Source of the DNA: Trichinella spiralis
Taxonomy: Eukaryota
Direction: 5' to 3'
Length of the DNA: 64,000 bases
Assembly (NCBI RefSeq): GCF_000181795.1
Contig: NW_003526945.1
Coordinates: 2,859,493-2,923,492, forward strand
Shown here: one piece after another, positions 61,750 through 64,000 of the stretch
How the letters are laid out: each line of letters starts with the position of its first letter
Position numbering within the stretch: position 1 is the first letter of the stretch
Notes under the pieces: model-generated
Databases searched by the model: none
What the model was told of the DNA's origin: nothing
The model's input: the letters and a program-made list of their open reading frames with translations, nothing else
Made by a program: the position numbers and the translations under genes

Positions 61750-63525
61750 TGCTTTTTTTTGCCATAACTTCATTTTCTTTTAATGCTAACATTTTTCAAC
61801 GATCACTTATTTCCATTAATGAGAATACTGTTGATATATCGTCAGTTTGATTTTTACCATTCAAATAATTAATTGTCCATTATTTCAATCTTTCACTGCA
61901 ATAAAAGTATGACATTGTTTTTTGCCTATATTTGTCTTTTAACAAAATTAACTGAACTGAATAAGTTTTGCGGCAGATTTCGATTGCTGTGGAACAAACA
62001 GTGATAGATAACAACAGCATACGACGAAATTAGTCGAGTGTGAAAGAAACGTGTCAAACAAACCTTGCTGTGCGCATGCGTCTTTCAGCCTGCTTATTTG
62101 TCGCTATTTTTCAACGTTATTTCGTGTGTTTCTCTGATTTCCCTATTGCAGTATGCATGTCCGCTGTAGTATGCAAATAAATGGATAAAATATTCTCGAT
62201 TGCTGTTCAATCAGTCGAAGACTATCAACTGAATACTGACTGTTGACCACGAAGGGGCAAATTTTACATTCAAATAGCACTCTGTACGAAACCGAACGAA
62301 AATTCAGTTGCAATGTTCCTCTTCCCTTCGAGAATCTTTTCTTCCAGCTTACGCTTTCCATAAGCGTAGCAGCACTTGTGAAAAAGCTGTTTCGGGGCAA
62401 TGTCTATCTAGCTCGTGCGATTTCATGAACGCTAGCTAATTGCTGCCATTTGATGTTCTGCATTTCAATTCCGCAATCCTCAACATTCGCGTTTGCCATG
62501 TTAGTGGCTACGTACTGCTACTACTATTGAACCTGCGATGCAAATACAACCAAGGTTGCTGTCAACTTTGTAATCGGTCGATCCAACCCTGAACGTAACT
62601 TGATCACCAACTGCCAAATGAATTGTTGAAACATGCTCAAAACGAACGCATCACCGACAGACGCGACGTCGAATCTCGCTTCATACAATGACCAAACTGT
62701 GGAGGCAGATTGGTTTGTCGGACAGTCGTATTCGACGTTCTGTGCCTCGGATTATGGCAAAGGCAATCAAGTAAGCTTGCTCAGAAAAGCCGGAAATGAT
62801 GCTGGTAATTTAAGTAAGCATGACGCATCGTGAAAACACGCAAGCACGCACGCACGCACGCATAGCACACGCTACATCCGGTTGACATTTTCTTCTCTTC
62901 TTCTTGTTCTTCTTCTTCTTAATACTTCAATACAGCCTCTAATTTATTATTCATTTCAAACTTAACCGATTGGTCAATGCGAATGTAACTTGATTTGAGT
63001 GGAAACTTTTCAAAGGAATTTAATCAAATTGCCGTTCTTCTATTTAAACTTAGTTTTCTTTAATTTTACTGTACTAATTTATTTATAGTTAATATTTCTT
63101 TTTATTAGTTCGAAAGTGAGTGACCACGCGGCGTACGAATAATGGCAGAACCAAGCGTCTCTGAAGCTGTTGACAGTGCTGAAAGTGATATTTTGTTCTT
63201 TTATTCTTGTACTGTTGTAGTTACTGAACAGTTTTAGCACACTAGTGGGATGTATATTGTTGTTGTTTATGAATAAATTCAAAAATCAAAATTAGCACAT
63301 TTTCGGTGTTGTTGCTGTGAAAAGTTTCGTACTTTGAACGCACGCAATTATAATTTTATTTTTCTGTTTTCTTTTTTTTTTCCAAAAGTGAACATTTCAT
63401 TTTGCTTTTCGTCACTTGGTAAGAACAGGAAAATGTTGCATTTTATCTGTGAAGAAATTATGTGAAATTGATTTAAATTAATTTATCTTATTTATATTTA
63501 TATTTATTTATTTATTTTCTTTTAG

Positions 63526-63872
63526 TCTCTTCTGTCGATTATGAACGAGCTTTGCATGGTAATTGCGAAGGTCCAGATTCATTCTTTATTAAATTAATAT
63601 CGTCAGATTGCCATGAATTTATTATTCCCCGTCACATGGCTTTAGTTTCTGGAACAATTAAAGCCATGTTATCAGGCCCGGGGCAGTTTGCCGAAAATGA
63701 AACAAATGTTATACATTTCAAAGAAATACCATCGCATATATTGCAAAAAGTGGTCCATTATTTTCAGTATAAAACAGTTTACACTAATAGCAGTACAGAA
63801 ATTCCCGACTTTCCCATTCAGCCGGAATTAGCACTTGAACTGCTAATGGCCGCCAACTTTTTGGACTGCTGA
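63526..63872 (+). CDS. elc-1: Elongin C (main/last exon; first exon upstream, candidate 62633-62804)
   Basis: [21 protein letters not shown]...[20 protein letters not shown]...[25 protein letters not shown]. Acceptor TTTTAG at 63520-63525. Confidence 0.95.
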
Positions 63873-64000
63873 ATCGAATGCTGATTCTGTGGAGAGGCAT
63901 TGATTTGTTTTTTCTCCACAGCAAAACTTTAAATGTTCTTGTAGTTTTTTGGGCACTTTATTCAATTTATAGAATGAATTTCGATCCATTGGACAAGGTT

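Overview
AT-rich, intron-containing eukaryotic DNA from a draft assembly with three 10-N gaps. The clr-1-type phosphatase, short introns and base composition suggest a nematode, possibly Trichinella-like (inference). Host genes: a candidate neuropeptide precursor (-), TIPIN/Swi3 (+), RAD23 (+), PX-PH phospholipase D (-), a TBC1D15/17-like RabGAP (+, with a gap-flanked partial duplicate near 2-3 kb), a CLR-1/PTP69D-like receptor tyrosine phosphatase (+), a CK1/TTBK-group kinase (+) and Elongin C (+). Mobile DNA includes an internally deleted hAT (Buster/Charlie) element with TIRs and a TSD, and a foldback-like inverted repeat. The highlight is a ~9.5 kb head-to-tail array (34.5-44.4 kb) of a restriction-like-endonuclease non-LTR retrotransposon of the U2-targeting Utopia type. 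All four element 3' ends abut U2 snRNA sequence starting just after the branch-point-recognition motif. All five U2 3' pieces run directly into the head of another element copy, and no U2 5' end is visible. This suggests the element carries the 3' ~155 nt of U2 as its own 5' leader and regenerates the gene, and target site, that it interrupts. Short internally deleted derivatives share the array. Exon boundaries were read by eye and are approximate.
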